From IMG/VR virus record IMGVR_UViG_3300020045_006770, positions 1-30,097 of that record: a stretch of 30,097 nucleotides of DNA; one strand, given 5' to 3'. Both the position numbers and the translations under genes were made by a program. Shown here piece after piece: positions 16,364-25,305 of this stretch (within the stretch, counting starts at the first letter, position 1; each line of letters starts with the position of its first letter). This DNA is from a virus. Lineage: Duplodnaviria > Caudoviricetes. Under the pieces are notes generated by a model. The model was not told the origin of the DNA and did not search any database. It was given only the letters and a program-made list of their open reading frames with translations.

Positions 16364-16570
16364 GATGTTTAAGTTTTCTGTAATATGTTTTTGTGAATAG
16401 ATTACACGGATTAAAACTGATTACGCGGATTTGGGTTATTATCTATTTGTTGGGTCGTTATTAATATCGCAACAAGCAGCCGATTGAAGTAAACTCCATG
16501 CTGTGTTTTTAAGTAATCGTTACCGTAAATCCCAATATTCAGGAGTTATTAACTTTGTTCTTTTTCCATT

Positions 16571-17281
16571 TTAAACGTTTGCTAAATTATCTGCATAGGC
16601 ACAACACCCTTCGGTGGTCAATACAGTCCATGCGGCGTTTGAAATTGGGGTGTATGTTCCTCCGTCATATCCATGAATCCAATCGCCATTTGCAAATCTT
16701 GTCTCAGCCAGACAATCAGCCGTCCAAATCTGAGTTCCTACCTTACACAATCGGTAAGCCTTCAAGTCATTGCCGACGTACGTTGCTGAAATTAATCCAT
16801 CTGGAAGTGATAGTTCTGGTGTTGTGGCATCACGAACAATACGGATAGAATACCCTGTTTTTTTGTTATTATTCAATAGACCAAACAAGGCATTATCTTT
16901 TGATGCACTATATTGAAGTCCTATCGTTCCACCATCATATGAAGTCCATAGTCTTGTTTCTATTCCAATTGAGGAAAATACGCCTGTGCTATGATTTCTA
17001 TTTCCACTTCCCCTAAGATTAAATGCCACTTCGTTTGTTGCACCTGTGTTTGGGCTATCCCAATATGCAAATCCTGTCTCTTTTAGTTTTCCACCAGCAA
17101 TAGATGTTCCACCTAAATATGTTGCTAAAGTTGTAAGCTCTGTATAAGCAGGAACATGAAATCCTGAACTGCAAATACTCCTTGAATCGTTTATAGCATA
17201 CCAATTATATAATATCCCATAATTTACCGGATAAAATGCTGATTTCTTCTTTGCTATATAAATTACACTATGCCCTCTCAT
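16571..17281 (-). CDS. FISUMP-domain tail-associated protein (permuted)
   Basis: YGILYNW, GFHVP, GGKLKETG..W.SPNTGATNE, GYSIR, then KVGTQIW. Confidence 0.8.
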   Translation of the reverse strand: MRGHSVIYIAKKKSAFYPVNYGILYNWYAINDSRSICSSGFHVPAYTELTTLATYLGGTSIAGGKLKETGFAYWDSPNTGATNEVAFNLRGSGNRNHSTGVFSSIGIETRLWTSYDGGTIGLQYSASKDNALFGLLNNNKKTGYSIRIVRDATTPELSLPDGLISATYVGNDLKAYRLCKVGTQIWTADCLAETRFANGDWIHGYDGGTYTPISNAAWTVLTTEGCCAYADNLANV

Positions 17282-17763
17282 CTTGTCATATTTAATTCAG
17301 TGTAAATCGTTGTTGGTGTTCCGGTATAAGCGGTTGACCATTCAATAGTAACCAAGTCTCCAACTGCAACTGTTTTTAAGGCTGTGGCTGTTGTTTCGGT
17401 AATGGTAGTTGTTGCGCTTATTCCGGATAATCCGGTTATCGCTGTTCCATTAATTTTCACTGTCACGGTTAGCGTTCCGTTGTCGGTTTGAAGTGTTAAG
17501 GAGTCGATGGTATAACCTGCATAGGCTTTCAGATTAAGCGGAATACTATCGGCTGTTCCGGCAATAACATCACGGCAAATGAGGGTAATCCAGTCTTTCG
17601 TTAATTGGGTATTTGGTCTGCGTTCGTTTCCCCAAATCATTCGTGCTTCGCGCTTGCCATCTACTACCGGGCTGATGTAGCCTAATTTGTAAATAATAAA
17701 TCCATCGTCGGCCAATGGTTCGATGTGGTTTTTTGATACGATTATTTCGGAGGTTGTTATCAT
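17278..17763 (-). CDS. Minor tail protein
   Basis: Thr-rich beta-sandwich-like C-terminus; tail module position. Confidence 0.6.
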   Translation of the reverse strand: MITTSEIIVSKNHIEPLADDGFIIYKLGYISPVVDGKREARMIWGNERRPNTQLTKDWITLICRDVIAGTADSIPLNLKAYAGYTIDSLTLQTDNGTLTVTVKINGTAITGLSGISATTTITETTATALKTVAVGDLVTIEWSTAYTGTPTTIYTELNMTR

Positions 17764-17766
17764 GGG

Positions 17767-20025
17767 TTATTCTTCGGCTAGTGGAACTTTTACATACATG
17801 AAATATCCGTCGTCGTCGGGTAGCGTTATGTCGGTGGCGTCGATGATCCATTCGCGCGTTGGGTCGTATTCTTCGGCACCTTCTTTGATAAACCTGATGC
17901 TGGTACGGTCGAGCGATGCGTAATGATGATTGATTATTTTACCGGCATCAATATGTACGGCATTGGGTAAGTCGTCAACATTGGTTTCAACGGCTGCATC
18001 CTGTATGCTGAATTGTGGCGTGCCGCTGTCGTAATCCATTTTATGCGGGTCGATGGTGCGTTGCCTGGCAACAACTACCGGTGTGCTTGTATTTGGCAAT
18101 GGCACTTCGAAACTTCCGTCGATGGTTTTTACATGGTTTCCGGCTTCATCGGTTGTATCAATGGTTGGTTTCCATGGCTCGGGTAATGTCTGTATGTAAT
18201 CGTCGTAAATGAATTCACCGGCGGGTAATTCAATTAATTCGAGGTTAAATGTGTGTTCAATTACGTTCCATGTGCCGCGGTCAATCAGGTATATTTTGTT
18301 GCTCAGTGCGTGTTCGATGTAGCTGTTTAGTTCGAGCCATCCGCTTATTTCACCCTTCAGGATTGATCGTGACGATTGATAAAGGAATGCCATGTAAGCT
18401 GACATGTATTCTAAATAACGAACTTCAGTTGATCCCCATTTATTGGCTGGTAAATATTCGCCATCAACCTTTACATAGTTTCCATTATCAAAATATAAAT
18501 TATTATTTTCATAATCTGGTAAATCAACTGGCAGCAAATCAACACTTTTATTTGAATCAGTAGCATTTTCATTTAAAATAACTTCTGTTTCTTCAATATT
18601 ATTAAAATGAGCAATGTCATTATTATAAAAAAGTATATTTTCAATGCAAAGCCCTAAAAACTTATGGTTTATATCAAAAAAAGAATCTGGCACTAATTGA
18701 AAAACTGATATTGTAACTATTCCAGATTCTGGTAATTTACTTGCTACAATGTTTAATGTTTGGAAATTTAAAGTATCTAAATTTATTGATGCTTCAACAT
18801 CTTTAATTTTAATATTTTTTAATGTTTCGCTCCATCCATTTTGATCTAAAAAATATGACTTTCCCGATGTTCCTATTAATTTTAATTGAATTTGAATGCT
18901 ATTTTTAATTTTTGATATTGTGTAATTTCCTGAATTATCATTTATGTATTTGGTAACGTAACCGGCAATCGCATAATTAATATTTAATGTTATTGGTGAT
19001 GTTGAAATTACATTTATACTTTGATTGATGCAGTTTATTAGACTGGATTGAGTATTTGATAGTATCGCATAACTTGTAATTTCTGTTTTATTGACAGAAA
19101 AAAATGAAAAAAATGATGGTGTAGCCGACCAATAAGCTGAATTAGCCTTAAAATTATAATTGCGAAAAAATGATTCTTTTTTACCATACGTTTGTTTGAT
19201 GGTAAATTTTCGCCATGCTGATTGCATTTCGAGCATAAGGTTACCAATTGGGTAAAGGCTTCCTCGGTTAATTATTGAATATTCAACGGTGTTTAACTGT
19301 CGTAAAAAGGTGTGCCAGTTGTATGTTTCTGACGATGCGGTACCATCGGCATTAAAGATGTAGCGCGGTAAGGTGCGGTCGGTGGGCCGCTCAACCATCC
19401 AATATCCATTTGCCTGGTTAATGAAACAGTTTTCGGGCAACAGCGATTGAAGTGCTTCGTAACAGGTTTTGTCGCTCAAAATTTCGGCCTGAAAATACAA
19501 CTGATCGAGCATATTGTGTAAGCTCTGATTCATGCGCTCTTCCCAAATGTTGATGTTTATGGCATACGGTAAGGCAATGCCAATTTTATCGATGCAATAA
19601 CGGATTGCTTCGAAACGTGAAACCATTCCGGTAAGTGCAAATGTTTCGTTTTTCAGCAAGCCGAGTCCGTCGGTACACATTACCTGAACATCGTAAGGCG
19701 GTGCAATAAACGGTTCGCTGTATTGGTCGGCTACGATGTACCCTGTCCAGGTTACGCCGTGATTGAATTCGAGTTCAACGCGGTGGGCTTTGTTGTCGAG
19801 GGTGAAAAAGCTGGCAAACTCCATATCGGTATCGGCTTGAATGCTGAAATCGAGTGTTGAGCCTTTTATTTGTCCGTCGCGGTCGAGGCTTAACTGGATG
19901 CGCCCGGCGCCGATCTTTTTTGGTGTTGCTTCTCCGGTGTAATCTTTGGCATAAATCAACACACGAATGTCGGTACCAAATCGTTCGGTTTCGTAGCGTA
20001 GTATGTATTTTAATCCGTAGGCCAT
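17767..20025 (-). CDS. Tail tip/baseplate protein
   Basis: Follows the tape measure gene; MAYGLKY, WTGYI, TDGLGLLK motifs typical of Bacteroidota siphophages. Confidence 0.7.
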   Translation of the reverse strand: MAYGLKYILRYETERFGTDIRVLIYAKDYTGEATPKKIGAGRIQLSLDRDGQIKGSTLDFSIQADTDMEFASFFTLDNKAHRVELEFNHGVTWTGYIVADQYSEPFIAPPYDVQVMCTDGLGLLKNETFALTGMVSRFEAIRYCIDKIGIALPYAININIWEERMNQSLHNMLDQLYFQAEILSDKTCYEALQSLLPENCFINQANGYWMVERPTDRTLPRYIFNADGTASSETYNWHTFLRQLNTVEYSIINRGSLYPIGNLMLEMQSAWRKFTIKQTYGKKESFFRNYNFKANSAYWSATPSFFSFFSVNKTEITSYAILSNTQSSLINCINQSINVISTSPITLNINYAIAGYVTKYINDNSGNYTISKIKNSIQIQLKLIGTSGKSYFLDQNGWSETLKNIKIKDVEASINLDTLNFQTLNIVASKLPESGIVTISVFQLVPDSFFDINHKFLGLCIENILFYNNDIAHFNNIEETEVILNENATDSNKSVDLLPVDLPDYENNNLYFDNGNYVKVDGEYLPANKWGSTEVRYLEYMSAYMAFLYQSSRSILKGEISGWLELNSYIEHALSNKIYLIDRGTWNVIEHTFNLELIELPAGEFIYDDYIQTLPEPWKPTIDTTDEAGNHVKTIDGSFEVPLPNTSTPVVVARQRTIDPHKMDYDSGTPQFSIQDAAVETNVDDLPNAVHIDAGKIINHHYASLDRTSIRFIKEGAEEYDPTREWIIDATDITLPDDDGYFMYVKVPLAEE

Positions 20026-20055
20026 TATTGAAGAATTGATTTATTGAAGGATTGA

Positions 20056-21693
20056 TTATGTGCCGATTACACGGCGTTGATAGTTTTTATTAATTGTTGC
20101 AACCAAGTCAGGTCCGCGTTGTCTAAATTCACCTTCAATATAAATGGTCATGGGTGCCGAGCGTAACGATCCGGCGGAACCTGATGAACTAACCCCTGAA
20201 CCGTATGAGGATGTGCTGGCTGACGAATAGGTGCCACCGGATGATGCGCCGCTTAATGCTCCTTTGGCGGCACTACCTAACGCAACCAATGCAACACCGG
20301 CCGCAATTGCCAACACTGGATTTAATGACTGTAATGCGGCTTTTATACCGAATGTTGCCAAACCTACGCCAATGGCAATTTTACCAACCTGAATGGCTAA
20401 ATCGGCCAATGATGTAAGTACAACATTACCCAAATCGCTTAACGTTCCGGTACCGGCCAACATGTTACCCAGCGATTCGCCAAAACCAACGGCAATGCCT
20501 GTCATTGATTCCTGAAATACTTGCGAGAAATCCATTACGGTTGTTTTCAGGTCGCCGTAAATTGATTTTATTTTGTCGGCTGATGCGCTGAGTTTGTCGG
20601 TTTCGAATCCTTCAGCTTTTGGCGCGGCAAGGGTTGTTTCGGTAATTTTACCGGTTTTACTGTCGGCGGTGAGTTTGATGGGAGAAAGCCGATCCATGTT
20701 TTTGCTTTCGGCTTTTTCCTTTGCAATTTCATTAAGTCTTATGGCGGCTGTTTCTTTATCGAGCGCCTCGGCTTGTGCGTTTACTTCTTTCGATAGTTTA
20801 TTGTATTCGCGCATCATACCGCGGATGGTATCGTTTCCTTGTGCTTCCAAGTCGTTCAGGGTGGCGCGGCTTTCGGCTAATGCACGGTTATCTTCGTCCA
20901 TTACTTCGCCCATTTTGGTTTGTGCTTCCAAAATGCGGGTGCGTTCGGCCTGAAGTGCAACTTCATCTGCTGTCACTTGCCGTTGTAATGCGATAGCCTC
21001 TGACATGGCGGCCATCTTTTCTTTGGTACTTTTCTCTTCGTCTTTGGCGGCTAGTCGTAATTCGGCAATAGCCTGGCGGCGCTTCCCCTGTACTTCGATC
21101 AATGCAATTTCTTTATCTTCTAGTTTCTGAAGTGCAATCTCCAATTCGCGGGCGGCTTTCGATTCAGTTACAATCTCGGTGCCTATATCCTTAACCGATT
21201 TTTTCATAGCATCCCAACCGCCTTTAAAATCGCCGGTAAATAGTTTGTAAATACCTTCTCCTAAAATGGCAAAACGGTCGATCAATACATTTACCACGGC
21301 TTTAAATGAGGCCATCACACGCTCGACAGCTTCGGCCCCACGTTCTGTTTTGGTGAAATAGGTAACCAACGAGCCCAATGCAACGATAATAGCGCCAATA
21401 CCTGTGCTGATTAATGCCAGGCGCAATACTTTAAGGGCGTTGCTGAATAAACCGGCCCCGGCTGTGGCTCCTTTAAAACCTCCGGAAAGTAAAGCGAGCG
21501 ATTTATTTGTTGCGGCGAGTTGCCCCTGGATCATTCCCATATCGACACCAAACAGCGCGGCAAATTCGCCAAACGCTCCGGAGGCCGCCCCCGTAAAATT
21601 GGTTACGGCGGCTTTGCCTGATTCTAAATCGGCTTTGAAATTTTTGGTATCTGCACCAAAGCGTACTTTGAGGTTTGTAACTGTTTCGGCCAT
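20056..21693 (-). CDS. Tape measure protein
   Basis: LKVRFGADT start, ALISTGIGAIIVALGSL, Ala-rich coiled coil; follows the chaperones. Confidence 0.85.
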   Translation of the reverse strand: MAETVTNLKVRFGADTKNFKADLESGKAAVTNFTGAASGAFGEFAALFGVDMGMIQGQLAATNKSLALLSGGFKGATAGAGLFSNALKVLRLALISTGIGAIIVALGSLVTYFTKTERGAEAVERVMASFKAVVNVLIDRFAILGEGIYKLFTGDFKGGWDAMKKSVKDIGTEIVTESKAARELEIALQKLEDKEIALIEVQGKRRQAIAELRLAAKDEEKSTKEKMAAMSEAIALQRQVTADEVALQAERTRILEAQTKMGEVMDEDNRALAESRATLNDLEAQGNDTIRGMMREYNKLSKEVNAQAEALDKETAAIRLNEIAKEKAESKNMDRLSPIKLTADSKTGKITETTLAAPKAEGFETDKLSASADKIKSIYGDLKTTVMDFSQVFQESMTGIAVGFGESLGNMLAGTGTLSDLGNVVLTSLADLAIQVGKIAIGVGLATFGIKAALQSLNPVLAIAAGVALVALGSAAKGALSGASSGGTYSSASTSSYGSGVSSSGSAGSLRSAPMTIYIEGEFRQRGPDLVATINKNYQRRVIGT

Positions 21694-21709
21694 TATTGTT
21701 TCGTTGTTT

Positions 21710-21775
21710 CGTCATTGCGAGCGAAGCGCGGCAATCTGTTTTAATTATGCGATTGCTTCGTGCCTCGCAATGACG
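21710..21775. repeat. REP/RPE-like palindromic element
   Basis: CGTCATTGCGAG..GCAATC...GATTGC..CTCGCAATGACG. Confidence 0.75.
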
Positions 21776-21784
21776 GGTTAATGT

Positions 21785-22133
21785 TTAGAGCATTGCGGCC
21801 AGTCGTGCATTATGGGCCTGTATTTGTTCGTCTGTCATTTCAGACGCACGATCGTGCGTCTCTACCGTATCGTTATCCCAATCGAAATGCCATAATTCAT
21901 TCGGTTTTAACTGATCTTCTTTTTTGAGCTGGATGTTTACCAGTGTAGCGGTTTGCATCCTTACGAGTTCGGCTTGTTGCCTGAATTGGTTTTGGCGGTG
22001 TTCCTGGCATTGTTCCAGAATTAAAAAGAACTCGCTTAACCGGCACTCCCAAAATTCAACAGGTTTTAATCCGCAAAGGCACACGCCTAATTGGAAGAAC
22101 TTCTCCGGCGAAACCTCATGAATCTTTTTTTTT
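21785..22133 (-). CDS. Tail assembly chaperone GT extension (-1 frameshift product)
   Basis: The -1 frame is open from the A9 run at 22125-22133 through KIHEVSPEKFFQLGVCLCGLKPVEFW. Confidence 0.75.
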
Positions 22134-22473
22134 GCCCGGCTTCGACTGCTTCGCGCTCAGCCAGCGGTGCTTTTTTGGTCACTGAGCTTGTCGAAGTGTG
22201 GCGCTGGTAGATCAATAATAATTCGCCTACCTGTGGCGGGTTAATCATTGCCCCGAAGTCGAGTTTTGAAAATGGAAATGCGGTACCATCTATACGGCAT
22301 CCTTCAACTACCCCGGCATAAATTAAGCCTGTAACCTGGCGCGGTTTTAATTGTTTGAGGTCGTCGGCATCGGTGAGCTGTAACCCTTCCGATTCGAGAA
22401 AGTCGGTTATTGCATTCCAGTTGAATTCAACCCTGTATTTCTGGTCGTTAATTTCGATGTGGTCGTTTTTCAT
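22087..22473 (-). CDS. Tail assembly chaperone G
   Basis: Between the major tail and tape measure genes; slippery site near the 3' end. Confidence 0.75.
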   Translation of the reverse strand: MKNDHIEINDQKYRVEFNWNAITDFLESEGLQLTDADDLKQLKPRQVTGLIYAGVVEGCRIDGTAFPFSKLDFGAMINPPQVGELLLIYQRHTSTSSVTKKAPLAEREAVEAGQKKRFMRFRRRSSSN

Positions 22474-22500
22474 TGTAGTAGTTTTTTATGGTGCGAAATT

Positions 22501-22529
22501 GTAGAGACGCTCTATTAGCGCGTCTCTAC
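22501..22529. repeat. REP-like palindrome
   Basis: GTAGAGACGC-TCTATTAGC-GCGTCTCTAC. Confidence 0.75.
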
Positions 22530-22536
22530 GTGGTTA

Positions 22537-23232
22537 TTATGCAATGGTGCCCGAAAGGTTGGTAACTACGTTTGTAATAACCGGAGCATCGAACTGTACA
22601 TTTACTGTGGTGGCGGTGAATGTGATTACTGCAAGCGCGCTGGTAACTACAATGTTTTTAGCAAGGTATGCAGCGGCATTGGCTGTTACAAATGCGGCGG
22701 CTGTTTCGGTTAAGCCTGTGGCGTAAATAACTGGTTTAACCAATTGCCCCGGACCTGTAATAACGGCACTTCCGGCATTACCGGTTAAGGTTACAGTTTT
22801 TACCAGCGGTATTAAATTGGTAGTTCCTTTGTTTAGCGCGCCTTCAAGTTTTGTTGAAACCGAATAGGTTGCAATGTTTTCAGAATCCGAATCCTCTTTG
22901 TAATCGGTAATTTTCAGGTTTCCGTAACGTGTTACTGTTGATCCAACGCGGCAGTAAACAAACGGAATTAAAGTACCAACCAGCGAGGCATCGATTAAAT
23001 CGTCGAGCTGAACCTGCGATGGAGTTTCGGCATTGTCCAATACGATTAATCCTGAGATTGAAAAATCAGCATCGTAGCCTGTTTGTTCTGTTTGAGAAGT
23101 TCCTTCGTCGTCTTTGATAAGCGAATCTTTCATTTTTGGTTTAACGCCAAATCCGTTTGATGTAACACCTGCGACTCTTTTTCCGTTTAGGGTCATGAAA
23201 ATGTTGTACCCTTTTACTCTTGTGTTTGCCAT
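22537..23232 (-). CDS. Major tail (tube) protein with C-terminal extension
   Basis: FSISGL...YGNLKITDY...ATYSVS..LEGAL tube motif plus an Ala/Thr/Val-rich domain. Confidence 0.8.
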   Translation of the reverse strand: MANTRVKGYNIFMTLNGKRVAGVTSNGFGVKPKMKDSLIKDDEGTSQTEQTGYDADFSISGLIVLDNAETPSQVQLDDLIDASLVGTLIPFVYCRVGSTVTRYGNLKITDYKEDSDSENIATYSVSTKLEGALNKGTTNLIPLVKTVTLTGNAGSAVITGPGQLVKPVIYATGLTETAAAFVTANAAAYLAKNIVVTSALAVITFTATTVNVQFDAPVITNVVTNLSGTIA

Positions 23233-23256
23233 GATCTTAATTTTTTATGTGTTTAA

Positions 23257-23622
23257 TTATCTGTTATCTGTATCGAATGAAAATTCAAGTGTATTCTGGA
23301 AAATGTTAAAATCTGGATTGAATATCGATCCTGTTTCAAATTCCAACAGTAAACCGTCGATGGTGGTTCCTGCGGTGGTGGTGCGGTCGAGTGCTGTTAT
23401 GGCGGCGCGTATGCTGTTGGTGTTGGTTTCTATTGCGTCGATGTCGTCGTCAACGATGGCAATGCGTACTTTTTGCGTGTAACCAATTATGCCATCTTTG
23501 GTGCGTATGGGTGTAGGCTCAACGGCATAGGTGCAAAATGGTGCGGTGGCATCGGTGGCTCCTATAACCGGGTAAGCGGTTAAAATGGTTTTTAGTGTGT
23601 TGTATAGTGCGTCGGCTAACAT
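23257..23622 (-). CDS. Tail terminator/completion protein
   Basis: Position and size; YPV......PF..Y motif. Confidence 0.65.
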   Translation of the reverse strand: MLADALYNTLKTILTAYPVIGATDATAPFCTYAVEPTPIRTKDGIIGYTQKVRIAIVDDDIDAIETNTNSIRAAITALDRTTTAGTTIDGLLLEFETGSIFNPDFNIFQNTLEFSFDTDNR

Positions 23623-23623
23623 A

Positions 23624-24127
23624 TCAAATGGCGTATTTTTGTAAAAACTTCTCGGTTTGTGTCACTAATTCTTTACTGATGATCGATTCGGCTTGCTGTT
23701 TGGTTTGCTCCCAGCTGCGTTCGACAAATAACAGCGGCCTTATCCCTCCTTTTCGTTTCGATGAACTTGCTTTAATCTTATTTTTAAACTGATGCGATGT
23801 GTCGCGGCGCGTCAGTGTTCCGTAATTCGACCAGTAAAGCGGGAAATATGCATCGTATGTGTTGCCGTCGTTCAGTTTAATGCCTATTTTCTTGGCCTGA
23901 ATTCCGGCGCTGATGTATGGTCCTTTTCCGTTTTTAATACCGATTGCCTTGCTTACTTTTTTCAGCGCTGGCGGCATGGTCGATTTTAATGATTTGATGA
24001 ACGGCGCGGCTCCTTTTCTGAATGCGGCTTGTACTGGCTTTTTTGCATATTGGGCCGGTAGTTTATTGAAAATCTGTTGTAGGTTTTCGGTGCCTGAAAA
24101 TTCGAGTGTTACCGCGTTTTTTGCCAC
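23624..24127 (-). CDS. HK97 gp10-like neck protein
   Basis: AFRKGA, NYGT, GIRP..FV motifs; position. Confidence 0.7.
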   Translation of the reverse strand: MAKNAVTLEFSGTENLQQIFNKLPAQYAKKPVQAAFRKGAAPFIKSLKSTMPPALKKVSKAIGIKNGKGPYISAGIQAKKIGIKLNDGNTYDAYFPLYWSNYGTLTRRDTSHQFKNKIKASSSKRKGGIRPLLFVERSWEQTKQQAESIISKELVTQTEKFLQKYAI

Positions 24128-24148
24128 TTGTTATTTCTGTAATATGTT

Positions 24149-24490
24149 TTAAACCACAATCTCTATTGTTCCGCGCATGGCTCGCGTGCCGGTGATGTAA
24201 TGATAAGTGCGGCGCTGGTCGGCTTCTATTCCGTCGATGGTGTAATAATCGCCTCGCCAAAGTATGATCATGTTCTCGAGGTAACGGCCCAGGCAAAACC
24301 GTACTTTAAAGCGGTTTACTTTTCCGGTTACTTCGGCATGTTCGGCAAATTGTCGGTCGGCTGATGCAAAGCTGATGGATGCGCGGTCGGTAAATGCCAG
24401 GCGATAGTTTAAATTGCGCTGTCCTTTGTTGCTGGTGTTTTCAACGGGGCTGTAAACTGTTATCTGGTCGCGGAGTTGTGATGATAGCAT
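24149..24490 (-). CDS. Head-tail adaptor/closure protein (SPP1 gp16-like)
   Basis: LRDQITV, F.VRF, M.ILWRGDYY.I. Confidence 0.75.
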   Translation of the reverse strand: MLSSQLRDQITVYSPVENTSNKGQRNLNYRLAFTDRASISFASADRQFAEHAEVTGKVNRFKVRFCLGRYLENMIILWRGDYYTIDGIEADQRRTYHYITGTRAMRGTIEIVV

Positions 24491-24500
24491 GGTAAAAAAG

Positions 24501-24588
24501 TTTCAAATTTCAAATTTCAGGTTTCAAGTTTAACCCCCTGCTTTGTTCAATGCTCCCACTTTGAATTTGGAACATGGAATTTGGAACT
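24501..24588. repeat. Inverted arrays of heptamer repeats (TTTCAAR x4 versus TTGGAAY-like)
   Basis: TTTCAAA TTTCAAA TTTCAGG TTTCAAG ... TTTGAAT TTGGAAC ATGGAAT TTGGAAC; related array at 25164-25192. Confidence 0.65.
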
Positions 24589-24592
24589 ATTT

Positions 24593-25153
24593 TTAGCCCC
24601 AATAGGTGCGGATGTGTTTCGAGATTAGCGATTCGTAGGCTTTGTTGGCGGCTACGTTCATGGTATATCCCTGGCGTTCGTTGTCGAATAGGTCGGATGT
24701 TTTCAGGAGTGCCGCGCCTTTTAAAACTTTTGGAATGTTGGCGGCAACATATCCGGTTTTATAGGTTAATCTGAATTGGTCGGCGGTGATGCTTTCGAGT
24801 AGTTCTATATCGAACTTACTGAACCCGGCGGTTACCTGGTAGGCTTCGGTGGCAACTTCGGACCATGTGGCACCTACGCGCTTTTCGAGTTTACTAACCG
24901 AAATTAACGGGGCCTGTGGTATGGTGTAACACTGAAATCCATTTTCAGGAACGAATAAAATCACGTTGTCGGTTTCGAGTACATCGCTGTTGGTGTCGTT
25001 CTCGATTTTGTCGATGGCTATACCCACCAGCATTTCGATGTAGGTGTCATCGACTGTAAATTCAGGCTCGATGCCTACTTGTTTTTTTGCTTCGGCAAGT
25101 GTTACCGGTGTGCCTGTTTTTGTTTTGGTGGGTAGGGCGGTTATGATGTGCAT
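24593..25153 (-). CDS. Head-tail connector (gp6-like)
   Basis: PVTLAEAKKQ..I.....DD.YI, Y.TGY....IP..LK.A.LL....LFDNER. Confidence 0.85.
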   Translation of the reverse strand: MHIITALPTKTKTGTPVTLAEAKKQVGIEPEFTVDDTYIEMLVGIAIDKIENDTNSDVLETDNVILFVPENGFQCYTIPQAPLISVSKLEKRVGATWSEVATEAYQVTAGFSKFDIELLESITADQFRLTYKTGYVAANIPKVLKGAALLKTSDLFDNERQGYTMNVAANKAYESLISKHIRTYWG

Positions 25154-25199
25154 GGTGAAAATAGTTTCAAATTCAAAGTTTCAAGTTTCAAGTGTGCCC

Positions 25200-25250
25200 C
25201 TTCGATACGCTTCGCTACTCAGGGGGCGGCGGTGGCTGAGCCTGTCGAAG
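25200..25250. repeat. REP-like element (CTTCGACAGGCTCAG family)
   Basis: CTTCGATAC..CTCAG...CTGAGCCTGTCGAAG; a half copy at 28472-28486 and an intragenic copy at 22140-22196. Confidence 0.7.
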
Positions 25251-25252
25251 CC

Positions 25253-25280
25253 AAAAAAGGGAAGGGTTGCCCCTCCCCTT
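25253..25280 (-). terminator. Terminator after the major capsid gene
   Basis: AAGGGGAGGG-GCAA-CCCTTCCC-TTTTTT. Confidence 0.8.
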
Positions 25281-25305
25281 GTATGGTATCTGAAATGATG
25301 ATCTA

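Noticed and set aside
13897-17281. Diversity-generating retroelement targeting the FISUMP genes
   Set aside because: No reverse transcriptase in the window. The two FISUMP copies differ at synonymous positions rather than only at adenines, and I found no TR/VR pair. A DGR elsewhere in the genome cannot be excluded.
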